Assembly (NCBI RefSeq): GCF_006345805.1
Contig: NC_043022.1
Coordinates: 11,036,001-11,100,000, forward strand
Source of the DNA: Octopus sinensis
Lineage: Eukaryota
Direction of reading: 5' to 3'
Length of the DNA stretch: 64,000 nucleotides
The position numbers and the translations under genes were made by a program. The notes beneath the pieces are model-generated. The model was not told the origin of the DNA. It worked only from the letters and a program-made list of their open reading frames with translations, and did no database searches. Positions 1-13,130 of this stretch are shown here, piece by piece (the stretch's first letter is position 1; every line of letters begins with the position of its first letter).

Positions 1-819
1 AAGTCGTATGTATGGTGATGCGTTGTTGTTTGCTTTTGCTAATGAGATTGAGTGCCTATGTGTGTGTATGTATATAACTGCATTCATGTCTATGTGTGTG
101 TATGTGTGTGTGTGTGGGGGATAAATGTCAAATACATCTAGTGGTGAAGTGACAGTTTTGTGTCTGTGTGTTTGATGGTGCTTATGATAGAGAGAGGGAG
201 AGAGAGAGAGAGGGGGAGAGGTAGAGAGACTAAGGTAAAACATACCCTAACGAGTTTGGTAGTAGCTCTTCATGTAACTGAGTATAAAAAAAATATTCTA
301 TGGCGTTGTTGTAGAAGTAGAACCACATTATTAAATTCAAGGAGGTTATCTATATTATTCATCATTCATATGAGTGGAAGGTGTGCTTCCTCCAGTGCAT
401 GCACCTATAGGATTTTTCTACCATTGTGTTTACTAAAGGGAATTTAGCGAAAAGTATATAGAAAAGTTCGGAATTACAGACGGCACAATATTTTCTGCCC
501 TTATCAAAAGGAAAGGATACAGACAATATGGACCATTCCAGCTTGAAAGTTATATTGTTGTCCTTAAGACGCCAAACTAATTTACTTAGTCCTGTACTTT
601 GTTGTTTTCTCTTATCTCGGAAAGTTGAATAATGATTGGAAATCCTATGGGATAATTTAGAAGTAGTTGCCCCAACACAGAAGACACCAGTACCAGAAGA
701 AACTTTACACTGGTAAATGGAACTGCAAAGGAAGGTTTGACTTGATTTGTTTTCCGAAAGGTAAAGTTCTTATCCAGTAATTCCAAAATTAGAAATTCCA
801 TTTTGCTTATGGCCTCTCC

Positions 820-1505
820 TGCACTACTGTGTCCACAGCAGCACCTTCACGTGGTACCCCCTGTTCTCACTGAGCCTGCTGTGTGGCGCAACCGGGTGCT
901 TGGCGGTATAACCAGGTGGGCAGACTGGGCTTGTTAGCCTTGGTTGGCAGCCAGTCTAGGAGAAGGAAAACTCTGACTCCAAACCCTCGCTCCGCTGCCT
1001 TGCGGATGCTCTTGGGAGAGGGAAAGGCTATGGGAGTAAACCCAGACAGAAGATCCGGAGTAGAGCCCCGAAGGCGGTAGGGTGTCGAATCTCGACCCTT
1101 TTCCGGCAACTCCTGCAGCCAACCAGACTCCAAACGTACTGCACTGCATTCCTTTGGATTATGTCTGGGGGGCCGAGAGGGAGATTCTGGTGTCTGGGCA
1201 GCCCAGTGTCTTCGTTCCTACCGCCCAGGCTTGCGCCATGGAGAAACTACTCCATCGATGGAACAAGCTGAGATGGCAGTTACGAGTTTTAAGCCAGGGT
1301 GAATTGGCGGAATCTCGGGCGCTACGGGCCGTCTCTAACGGTGGGAGGACAACTGCAGCAACACCCCACATGTACCCATCGATGTTCGTGTGCAGCAACT
1401 GTACCAGGGACTGCCACTCTAGAATTAGACTGTTCAGTCACAGCAGACGCTGCTCATCATCAAAGTAGGCCCCACCCTTATCGCGACCCATTGTCTATCA
1501 AGACA
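820..1505 (+). mobile_element. Internally deleted RTE-clade non-LTR retrotransposon (5' UTR fused to 3' end)
   Basis: RTE-type 5' UTR (…CCAGTCTAGGAGAAGGAAAACTC…) runs into the C-terminal motif CSNCTRDCHSRIRLFSHSRRC (RTE-BovB-like zinc-finger end) and a short 3' UTR. No EN or RT domain lies between them. The 3' end abuts the assembly gap. Confidence 0.75.
834..883 (+). ncRNA. HDV/CPEB3-like ribozyme core (5' P1 strand absent)
   Basis: P2 CACAGCAG/CTGCTGTG; P3 ACC/GGT closing L3 TTCACGT; P1 3' strand ACCCCCT followed by GT; J4/2 CTGA. No G-rich P1 5' strand upstream. Confidence 0.6.
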
Positions 1506-1605
1506 NNNNNNNNNNNNNNNNNNNNNNNNNNNNNNNNNNNNNNNNNNNNNNNNNNNNNNNNNNNNNNNNNNNNNNNNNNNNNNNNNNNNNNNNNNNNNNN
1601 NNNNN
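1506..1605. other. Assembly gap (100 N)
   Basis: Run of N. Confidence 0.99.
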
Positions 1606-2030
1606 ACCAATGCAGACTGCGTTCAGACGACATGATAATCTATGATGACCCCCGGAATCGAAAGGCTTACCACAAGACATCTCATTCCCCTGTATATGTC
1701 AGCGCTGACTCTGAGGGCGATGGAGAAGCGGAATTTATCAAAGCTAAGAAAGCTACGAATGTTTGCCAAGAGCAAAGTGTCTTCATTGGCACTCACAGAA
1801 AATAGACTGCTCCTTGAGTATTGATTAGATTAAAAAGAAATGTTTGAAATGTGTTTTGATTGTAAATTGTTCCAAACTCTGTGAATCAAATTTCGCCGCT
1901 CAGGAACTAACAATCGAAGTTCCCTCTACAGTTGTAGAGCCTCATCCACCTCATTTTTAGCGCTAGTTCAAGTTGGAAAGAATAAGATGTTATCCATAAT
2001 AGAAGATTAAACATGAATGAAAGAAAGGAA

Positions 2031-2071
<41 letters not shown>

Positions 2072-4600
2072 AGAGAGGGGGGGAGAGAGAGAGAGAGAGG
2101 TGCATTTACACAAGTTCAGACACCCAAATCTTTTGGGTAACGTTGTCTGAACATAGAAAAATGAAATCAGCTTAACGTTGATCATGGTTTATAGTTTGTC
2201 ATGAATTAAGTTCTCAAAGATTTGCAGAGATGACAAGAATGAGAACGAAGGATTAGTCCTCAGAATGTAATTCAACTTAGGAACAGATGAATAATTTCTA
2301 GGAATAAAAAAAAACAACAAAAAACAACAACAACAACCAAACTTGATGGTGCTCAGTTACGTTGATGCTTCTGAGTAATTATTTGAGGCTAAAAAAAAAG
2401 CGAGTTCAAATCGGGGCTTCATAGGAAATCCATGCTGGTGAAAAATGGACCATGATAGAGGGGGAGTATTTGCTGAACAGATCCACCGTAACCTGGTATT
2501 ATGAAGATGAAAGGGTGAATATCCAAAATGCACATTTGGAACCACGTAATTCAAGACTCTGCGACTAAGTTTCTCATTTATCATGTTCATTGTAGAGAGA
2601 ATCTTATCTAAGCACTCATCATCAAGAAACCAGACGCTTAATTCCAAGCTAGACTTCTAACTAGCAATATCATAGTTATCCCAGTACAAATAATGCAGAA
2701 CCTTGTGAGTTGTTCTGTTAAATTCCTGAGGTAGGAAAAAAGCAGTTTTCTTCAAAGGATAGATAAGTCTGTCAAGCATAATAATGGAACTCTGGAGCTC
2801 TCTCTTTCACTGACTGAACTGAACTGAAGACATTTTTTAAAAATCAAGTTGAGTCTTGCCTGGAGTACTTACAAATGGCTTTGGGACGTGTAGAGATGCT
2901 TCACATCTCATTCTAGTGCCGAGATTAGCAGGTGCAATTTCCGAAGAGAGGGTTGGGGGACATATGACAAGTACTTTCAAGGTGAGACGCCACAAGATAC
3001 ACCTGTCTTTCCCAGTGTAATGCTGAGTATCTCGATCAGTTAAGAAGAAAATATCCTTTTGATACTTCCAGCCCAAAGTAATTGTTTGCAACAATCTGGA
3101 TTTACGGGAAACATAAGAACAGTCTCTACCCAGACAATCAAGTTTGAGGACTATCACCGTTAGGGTAGGATGTCACCATTAGGTTTAAGGAGATCGAGTA
3201 GCTTAGCACCAAAGAACAGAGGGTAGGATAATTTTAGAAGATAATATATAGGACAGAATAATCTTGGAAGAAAATCAAAGCCAGTATTGCCGGCCAACAC
3301 GAAGATGCTGTCTTTAAGATCTTGGGAAACGAAGTGATCATCTGACATTATCTAGAGTAAAGGCTAGTCATATGTAGCCCAATGATTTAGATCATGGCAA
3401 ACACTCATCTAGAGTTTTGGGTGGCAGATGGATGTTTTCTACTCAATAGACCGAAGGACTCAGTATTAAATTGAGCAAGAGGCAAAAGTGAAGAGAAAGT
3501 GAAGTGCTCCTTAGATGTTACCCATAATAGAAGATTAAGCATGAATGAAAGGAAGGGAAAGTATGTGTCGTATGAAGACGTGTCATATTACAAGATTAGA
3601 GAAGATATTTATATGAAAATTATTGAATGATAGTAGAAATTTTTAAAGGAAATTTAAGATGCACTTGTGGTTAGGACTGTGAGATCTAATTTGATAACAA
3701 GTTGGGGGTATATTATTGTTTAAAGATTTAAAGCTTTCGAAAGAATATTTGTGGTGCCATTAATCAAGATTAGTTAACTGATAGATATGTTTTATAGTAT
3801 GTTAAAGATGGTACGTTACACTTTAAAGGAGGAATTTGCATGTTCAGCGAAATTATTAAATATTTAAAGATAAAATTTTAGGGGTTGGGTGTAGAAATTC
3901 TTAAAGTTTTCGTGACTTGTTTTAAAATATGGTAAGAGGATGTTGAAACGTGTTTAACGACAAAACAAATTAAATACACTAGAAAGGGATTTATGATGAT
4001 AGTGATCAAGAGGAATAATAAGAATCGTTATGTAAATTAATTAAATGAAAATTCCAAGCCTATCTCAAAATCTAGTCTGTTTTACTCGCACACACAAACA
4101 TACAGTCGCACACATGCACCCCCACACACACCTACATATGTACATTCAACCACACGTATGCACGTGCAATTACAATCTTTTAATAAGGGTTCTTTCATCA
4201 TGTATGTAAAATTGCGATAAAATAAACTGCAATATTAAATGATGTTCAAACTGTATTTTGCACAGAGGCATGCACACACACACACACGCGCACAGTCACA
4301 GACATAAGCAAACATATATCTGTGTGAAAGTGTGTGTGTGTGGTGGGAGGAGACATTTGCCTCATACTTTCGTTCATATAGAATTCGAACCACTACTTGC
4401 CCACCTACAAATGTAGACATCACAATGTATGGAGCACTATTATATTTCGTGGTTGTACCACCCTCACTCTCTATTATATTATATATGCACACGCACAGAT
4501 GTGCACATAAAAGATTATATATATATATATATACATACATATATATATACATATACATATATATATACATATATATACATATATATACATATATATATAC

Positions 4601-4637
<37 letters not shown>

Positions 4638-4638
<1 letters not shown>

Positions 4639-5430
4639 TTAGAAGACAGTCTATACTAAAACAGCCATACTCTCTTCCTTCAGGGGAACCGCTCACGGCA
4701 TCTAATGATATCAGAGACCTGGGTGTAATTGTAGATAACAATCTCAGTTGAAGTGCCCACATCAACAATAAGGTCGATATAACTCGTGGATCTTAAGAAC
4801 CTGGATATTAAGAACCTTCCGGTTCAGAGAACAAGGTGTCATCATTCCACTTTTCTCCTCCTTTGTACAGCCACACCTCGAATACTGCTGTCCCTTGTGG
4901 TCTCCCCCACAAAACAAAACAACTCGAGGATTGAATCACCCCGGAGGGCACTCTCTAAACGAACTGAAGGCATGACTGATCTCGATTATTGGAACCGCCT
5001 TAGAGCCTTGAAACTCTACTCTCTCTAGCGAGCGGTACATCATTTGTACGATGTGGAGAATATACTGCCAGCATTGCCCAAACGACCTGAACATTAGTTT
5101 CAAGGTTCATCCATGGCTGGGACCACAGGCTATACGTCCCCTGCCCAATTCAGGATCACAACATATAAGTACACGGCGACACAATTTCTTTTCCACAACA
5201 GGCCCTGCCTTGTTTAACATTGTCCCGAGAGAAATCAGAGTCTGGACAGATTTCTTCAACGAATACAGGATAAGCCACCCATACCTGGATACAACTTACT
5301 CAACAAGAACTCACTACTTGAATGGACCATAAACAAAACTTGACTTAAACAGGGTTTAGATAATCCTATCAGGTGGTGCTATTAAGTTTCAGTGCTCGGG
5401 ACCAATCTTTGGTCGAAACATATCTAAGTT
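4638..5430 (+). mobile_element. CR1/L2-group LINE, 5'-truncated 3' fragment
   Basis: Degenerate RT C-terminus (YSLPSGE…RDLGVIVDNNLSW; DYWNRLRALKLYSL; MWRIYCQHCPND), collinear with 34660-35460. Tail GGTGGTGCTATTAAGTT…CTAAGTT. Flanked by (TA)n. Confidence 0.85.
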
Positions 5431-5431
5431 T

Positions 5432-5489
<58 letters not shown>

Positions 5490-5926
5490 GCACATATATA
5501 TGCACATATATATACATATACATATATATATGCATATACATATATATATGTATATACATATATATATACATATATATATACATATGCATATAAATATGCA
5601 CATATATATACATATACATATGCACATATATATATATACATATACATACATATATATATATACATATATATATGCACATATATATATACATATACATATA
5701 TATATGCATATACATATATATATGCATACACATATATATATACATATGCATATAAATATGCACATATATATACATATACATATGCACATATATATTTACA
5801 TATACATATATATATGCATATACACATATATATACATATACATATATATACACACATATATATATACATATACATATATATACACATACATATATATACA
5901 TACATATCTATATATATACATATAAT

Positions 5927-5958
<32 letters not shown>

Positions 5959-6040
5959 TTACATATACATATACATATATACATATACATATATCTATAT
6001 ATACATATATACACATATATATATACATATATGTGTATAT
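5431..6040. repeat. Compound (CA)n/(TA)n/(TACA)-type microsatellite array
   Basis: Direct inspection. Confidence 0.95.
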
Positions 6041-6342
6041 CACGTGATCAGGTGACCGACCAGCCCATCAGATGTTGTTACACATCGCTGGTCACAATGC
6101 GTTCGCATTGTTTTAGCCTTCGAATGAGGCCACCCCGCTGGCTAAGCGAGCAGGCCAACAGAAGGAAGAGTGGGAGAAAGAGTGGTGAAAGAGTACAGCA
6201 GGGATCACCACCCCCTACCGGAGCCTCGTGGAGCTTTTTAGGTGTTTTCGCTCAATAAACACTCACAACACCTGGTCTGGGAAACGAAACCGCGATCCTA
6301 CGACCGCGAGTCCGCTGCCCTAACCACTGGGCCATTGCACCT
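6041..6342 (-). mobile_element. tRNA-derived SINE (family C)
   Basis: Minus-strand head AGGTGCAATGGCCCAGTGGTTAGGGCAGCGGAC…GGTTTCGTTTCCC with A/B boxes. Second copy at 32546-32799. Embedded in (TA)n. Confidence 0.85.
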
Positions 6343-6360
6343 CTATATATGTGTATACAC

Positions 6361-6391
<31 letters not shown>

Positions 6392-6599
6392 GTGTATATA
6401 TACAAATATATATATATATACATGTATATATATACATGTATATATATATACATGTATATATATACATATATATATATATATACATGTATATATATACATA
6501 TATATACATGTATATATATACATATATATACATATATATATACATATATATACTTATATATACATATATATATAAAGTTATTCCAAACATGAAAACACA

Positions 6600-6790
6600 A
6601 AGAGAAAACACAACAACGCGAGGACGTGGAACAAATATAGTATTATTAGACGCTCAGGAAGGAAGGGAAGAAGGAGGGTTTAACGTTTCGAGCGGAGCTC
6701 TTCGTCGGAAACATAGGAGAAGAAAGATCCAGAGAAGGGAAGACGGAGGAAAAAAAATCGCCAACGGTACACACGCGATCACATTTTGAA
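6600..6790 (-). mobile_element. Short PLE-derived repeat with near-intact minimal hammerhead motif (6678-6712)
   Basis: Minus strand GTTT-CCGACGA-A-GAGC tcc GCTC-GAAA-CG-TT-AAAC. Related copies at ~49370-49530 and ~52300-52510. Confidence 0.6.
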
Positions 6791-6796
6791 TGTGTG

Positions 6797-6915
<119 letters not shown>

Positions 6916-7140
6916 CATATATATATATACACACACACATATACACACACACATATATATACACACCCAGATATATATATATATACATATATATATACAT
7001 ATGTATATGTACACATATATATATACATATATATATATGCATATATACACATATATATACATACACATATATATACATACTTATATATATATACATATAT
7101 ACACATATATATACATATATATATACACACATATATATAT

Positions 7141-7655
7141 GGTGGCTGCCCCCTCGTTATCGAGTATGGCCATTGCACAAAGCTTAATCAATGCTGTTAT
7201 CGTGCAATGCCTGTGCAAGAAGATTATCTTTAAAGTGAGGAAAGGCTGTGCACAGAGTCAATCCCACTCACTAAGCAACAGCGGCCATAATCCGAAAAGA
7301 AGAACAAGTCAACATCATCGGTAACCACTGAGCCGCAGATTTTATGTTGGAGTTATCCCAGTTACCTGAGTTACCTTCTCCTAGAAGGATGCCCTAACAA
7401 AGGCTAGGAGTCCTTCACTCCCAATGGTTTAACCGCGCGATCGGGTATTCAGTCCGATTATTTCTGTCCCCGCGCATGATACAGCCTTAAGACATTTATT
7501 GGATGGCCGTTCACTCTCAAGAGTTCCTCCGCCCTTTGACGGGTTTTCTTTTTCATCCCGCAGGGTGTCCAATAAACACCCTCCTCACCAAGCAAGCTTA
7601 GTCGCCGACGACCCGACCATGCAACAGGTTGTACTGGGTTACATGTTACCAGTAG
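7141..7655 (-). mobile_element. RTE-like 5' UTR fragment
   Basis: Contains CTAGGAGAAGGTAACTC (compare CTAGGAGAAGGAAAACTC at ~956) and several hairpins such as GGGTGTTTATTGGACACCC. Bounded by (TA)n. Confidence 0.5.
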
Positions 7656-7941
7656 CACATGAAAGTGACCTGACATAATATATATACATACATATATACA
7701 TACATACATACAGGCATACATACATATACATACATATATATATATATATATACATACATCCATCCATCCATCCATACATATACATACACATATATATACA
7801 TACATCCATCCATCCATACATATACATACATATATATACATACATACATCCATCCATACATATACATACATATATATGTACATACATCCATCCATCCATA
7901 CATACACATACATATGTACATACATACATCCATCCATACAT

Positions 7942-8004
<63 letters not shown>

Positions 8005-8502
8005 CATGACGCTCGGGAAACCTAGGTGCTGTAAGCGTCAAACATTTTTATGGTGGTGCCCCAGCATGGCCACAGCTCGTGAGCTGAAATAAAATAAAAT
8101 AAAATAAAATAAAAATAAAATAAATACACACACACACACACACACACACATGTTGATACGTAAGCGCGCTAATTTATATTACCCTAACATAACATTCTGT
8201 AATTATTTTTCTCTACCTTTCGAAGATACTTGTTCTTTAACATGCAAAGTGATCGCTTCTTCCATTCGCTTTACCGACTTCTTATGATATCAACAGCTGC
8301 TATATATTGGGTAACTGAACTCTGTCATCAGATCAATAGTGGCTGGCGGGGTTAGAAGTCACCGAAATGTCTCGATATTTCGCGAGCTAAATTGTGGTAA
8401 GATTTCTATATTTGCTTTGCATAGTATAATTAAGGTTCATGCTGACTCTTTCATTAACTTACACAACGGATACTCTCTGATTAACTATAATTACACACGC
8501 GG

Positions 8503-8735
8503 AGGCGGCGAGCCGGCAGAAACGTTAGCGCGCCGGGCGAAATGCTTAGCGGTATTTCGTCTGTCGTTACGTTCTGAGTTCAAATTCCGCCGAGGTCGAC
8601 TTTGCCTTTCATCCTCTCGGGGTCGATAAATAAAGTACCAGTTTCGCACTGGGTCGATGTAATCAACTTAATCCCTTTGTCTGTCCTCGTTTGCCCCCTC
8701 TATGTTTAGCCCCTTGTGGGTAGTAAAGAAATATA
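8503..8735 (+). mobile_element. tRNA-derived SINE (family A, Meta-like central domain)
   Basis: Head GGCGGCGAGCCGGCAGAAACGTTAG, B box GAGTTCAAATTCC, central GTCGACTTTGCCTTTCATCCTCTCGGGGTCGATAAATAAAGTACC. Other copies at ~25006, 47325, 56300, 61680. Confidence 0.85.
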
Positions 8736-9892
8736 TAATTACATACGCGCGCGCGTAATATGTGTCCGCATGTTAGTCTTACTAACACGAGTTCATAGGA
8801 AGCGGAAGGGGAGCACTTAGAGATAACATAATTAGAGTGAAAGTCTCTTTGCAGCAATATTTGTATATTCTAAGAACATTGGGCGATGTCTGGTAAATGT
8901 TGTTTGCAGGAGTTAAGAAAGATCTATAAGAGAGATCTGGAAACATTGTGCCAACGTATTCTGTCAACGCAGCATAAAATCATAGATACTGGGCTTTGAT
9001 AACAGTTTCAGTGTATTCAACACTGGAAGCTGTGTGAACATGTAGTTATGCTGAATGTGGGTGTTTCCCAGAGTGTCAGCGCTTACACACGCACATCCTT
9101 CCATAAACAGTCATAAACAAACATGTGGAAATGTCCTCATTATCAAATAAGATAGTCATCGCTGTAATTTTTATGTGATTTATCGGTCCTTCGTTTTTTA
9201 TGCATCATGTGATAGGTAATTACACCATTCTCCAGAGATATAATTTTTGTTTTGTTTATGGTATTGGCACGGCTGTGTTGCTAAGAAGTTCACGTCACAA
9301 TCATATGGTTCCGGATACAATCATCCCGCATGGTATCTTTAGAAAAGTACCTTTGACTAATATCCTGTGAGTGGAATCTAGTTAATGGAACCTGTGAGAA
9401 AGCCAGTCGTCTTCATTCAAAATTATCAAAGCAAAATAGACATAACAATCTACTACATTCTGTCCATTTTGGTGTACGCATACAAAAACCTGATATTTTA
9501 CTGTCCGAGAAGAAATGCTTATAAGAGTACTTTTATGTATTGATGTTTTTTCAAGCAATTAATGTAATAGCCTGCATCAAATTACGCTAGCATATGCTCT
9601 ATGAACCTTACACAAGCTAGTTGCAAGCACTTCGCATCTCATCTACATAAAAGTGTATACTGAGCTATATAAATATAACCCGAATTCAGTTAAACATTAT
9701 AATAAAAAATGTGGTGAATGCAAGTTCCAGTTTTCGGTTGACAGTGAAATGCAGTGTGACATTGCCACGAGTTGAGAACTCAGGTACTTTCAACAGAAAA
9801 AAAAAAGGTTGCCAGTTTACTACACCCTTTACACCTTGTTGACAAGTATACGCTTACACGAAGCTTGATTATGAGAAATTATTACATCACTA

Positions 9893-10235
9893 TAGATGTG
9901 TGGTTAAGAAACTCGATTTGCAACCAAGTGGTCTCGGGTTCAGTCCCACTGCGCGGCATCTTGAGCAAGTGTTTTCTATTATAGCCCCAAATCGATCAGA
10001 GCCTTGTGCATGAATTTGGTGAGTGTGTGTGTGGTGTCCTTCACCACCACTTGACAGCTGGTGTTTTTATGCCCCTGATCTGTTTATATCCCCGTAACTG
10101 AGCGATTCGGAGAAAGAGACAGATAAAATAACTACTTGACTTAAATAAACATTGAGGTCAATATCATAGATTAAATTCTTGAACGTGGTGCTCCAGCACG
10201 GCCATAGAGCAATAATTCAAACTAGTGAAAGAATA
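9893..10235 (+). mobile_element. tRNA-derived SINE (family B, CORE-like), degenerate
   Basis: GATGTGTGGTTAAGAAACTCG…GGGTTCAGTCCCACTGCGCGGCATCTTGAGCAAGTG; tail GTGGTGCTCCAGCACGGCC. Confidence 0.75.
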
Positions 10236-11022
10236 ACATAGACACACACACACATATACACACACAGACACACACGTAACAATAACAGTTAAATGAAAGA
10301 ACAGCTTAATAAATTTGCCCAGTAGTGTATATTGTTTATTAAAACTGAATACTTTTTCTCTCATCTCGAGTTTCATGACGCTGCAGTCATCAAGCGAGAA
10401 CTAATCTTATTTCGTTACTCAAACTGGTTTTATACACATTATTATCAGTTCTTATTTTTCTGAGGCTATTCTTTTTATTAACTCGGTTCCTTACGTGCTT
10501 TTATGTAGGATTGTCTTTATTTAATTTATCAATTCATTGATTATTTCATTTTTCATTTATCGACGTCACCATTATTTATATCGTTATATCACTGCTGTAC
10601 ATCGTTTTTCAGCTGCTCTTCTACCGATATTGTTCATCTTAAATTGTTATTTGCATATCGTTTCCTATTGGCCAGTCAAGCAGCCGTTCTGCCTCTGTAT
10701 ATTATGTAATCGCATCTTGTTTTGTTTAGCTGTCTCCTGTTTTGCTAAGCTGTGTCCTATTTTGCTCGGCTGTGTCTTGTTTTGCAAAAGTTTATATTTA
10801 TTTATTGGTGTGGTCAATAAATAAATAATATCCGGTTTAGCGAAAGTCTGTCTACTTTATAGCTTGCTATATCAGATCTGAAGTCACTCATTCGCATAGT
10901 TCGTGAAGATAGTATAGATATGATGCTTCTAAATGGTTTGTTCAATTAGTTTTAGAATTGTTGAACCTCCAGTGGTATTTCTGCTGCGGTAGCATCATCG
11001 GATGTTTAACCCGTTTGCAGTT

Positions 11023-11135
<113 letters not shown>

Positions 11136-11144
11136 GTATGTATA

Positions 11145-12167
11145 CTAGCTAAAGTACCCGTCCTTTGAACGGATTAAGTTGCTCTTGAATTAGCTCGTTA
11201 ACCTTGCGGCAGCACTGCATGTTGTACGAGTTGTGCGCTGGTCAGGTGTCTCTGCAGCTCTTGCGGCAGAATTGCGTGTATTTCGAGACGCGCATTGGTC
11301 GGGTGCCTCTGTAGCTCTTGCGGCAGCATTCAGCGCTAACCGAAATGCATGCTCCTCTGTAGATTCATTTGATCGTGAACCAGCAGTAATGAGCGTGTGT
11401 TTTTTACCCAACGGGCCGCAAGTTTTCCTGCTGAATTTCGATGTGATGATTGCAAATTACTGACTCTTGAGCTGTTGGCAGCTAATCTGGATAACCTAGT
11501 TGTCCTCTACTCCTCGGTTTCATTAGCTCGACGCTGATTTGCCCAAACCGCATCGGTTGACAATCTGCTAAGGCACCGTTTTAAACTGAAATCTTTTAAA
11601 AAAAACATCATTATAACACAATCGAATCTAAAAATAAGGATAACTCTAAGAAATATTTTGAAGTGTTTTTAGTGGTATAACTTTTTAAAGGCACAAGGTG
11701 TTGTAAGTTAATCACTAAGTTATATACCAGAAGCGAAGAAGAATCAATGTTAATGTAAACTGGGTGGTATAAAATGAAAATGTAACCTCACAAAATATTC
11801 CATCATAAAATCATGGGACCAATGATGGTCAAAAAGACCAAAAATAGAATATTTTTAAGTCCTTGATGTATAGACCAACCCTTAAATGAACTTACCCGTA
11901 ATATTGTTAACGTAATGACATATTTTCAAGTATTAACATCATGAGCAAAACGATAAATAGCGCAAAGTCAAATGTTAAACTTAACACAGAAATAATTTAG
12001 GAATTGTTGGTTGTGAAATATGCAAAATAATTATCTCGAGGAAACGTACCTTTTATTTCAAGTGCAAAGAGTGAAAAATAAATCCGAGTGAAAACAAACA
12101 TTTTACAACTTCAAGATGAGTTGTTATTGTTGGAGGTAAAACTACAAAATGCCAACTTGTAGAACTG

Positions 12168-12204
<37 letters not shown>

Positions 12205-12309
12205 CAAGAAAGCATTTAAGAAAGTAATCAGAACGGGACTACAAAAAGTATTTTGAGATCAATAAAAATCATGTTTGTTTGGTAGTCTATATATATACAC
12301 GGAAGGAGA
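11145..12309 (-). mobile_element. Non-autonomous Helitron with RepHel N-terminal remnant
   Basis: Minus strand starts A|TCTCCTTCC at 12309 and ends CCGT-tcaaagg-ACGG hairpin …GCTAG|T at 11145. Internal 57-nt repeats translate as AARAAETPDQR/AARATEAPDQ. Confidence 0.7.
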
Positions 12310-13130
12310 TATATTTAAGAATTTACAAAAACTTGTAGAGGAATAACTGACCTGTCTTTCTGACATTTTGTCTTGTGAGTAGCTACCTTGAAACTAATGA
12401 AACTAAAATATTCCTTAGCATATGTTGTCGTCGTCTTGGTAGTAATCTTCTTATGTACTCTACCCGTGAACTTATTACTAATTTCTGTGCTTCTCTGTTG
12501 ATTATACTGTATTGAGGTTTACTTGACACATACGCGCGCGCGCACACACACATACACATATATGTAAGTACATATGTATTTATGTATGTACGAAATTACA
12601 TATATTTATGGTTTTCGTCAATTTTTAGCGACGTATTATGTAAACATTGCTGAGAAGTCTGAAAAATCGGTACTTTTCCCTTGCGGCATTTGCTTCTGCA
12701 CCAGGTTACTGACTTTGTTTTTAGACGCACTTTCTCGAGTACATTATTATGCTTGTCGAGCACGGATGGTATTGAATTGCTTTTATTAGGAAGAGCTTTT
12801 CAATGTCAAATTTTTGTCGGATGTATTTAGCATTCTTTAAAGCTTGAAGTTCGTACCTTCTAAGATTTTTTTCTTAGTTATTTCCAATTCATCTGTAACG
12901 GGAACTCGTTGCTTCTTACACTTTTGGGGGTGCAACTCAGGTGCAACACAATTTCCGTTCTTTAATTTCCAGAATCTACCAGTCAAGGAAATAGCTGAAA
13001 CTGTTTGAGGCGACTGGAAACAAATTGTTGAAAGATGATGACTGCGCAGGTTGATTGTGGTTCAGACTCGGTAGAAACTAGATCTTTGTTGAGTGTTCTC
13101 TGGTCTATGACCAGAACTCGGGGTCACCAC

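Noticed and set aside
2357-3348. Host exons or a BEL/PLE domain in 2.3-3.4 kb
   Set aside because: Only short suggestive peptide fragments with stops in all frames; no coherent motif series or splice pattern.
5395-5425. GACCA/TGGTC-GAAAC as a hammerhead
   Set aside because: No CUGANGA core or stem III/UH. Better explained as the CR1 3' recognition stem-loop.
6260-6342. tRNA gene call for SINE heads
   Set aside because: A/B boxes are present but there is no full cloverleaf, and each is followed by a SINE body in multiple copies.
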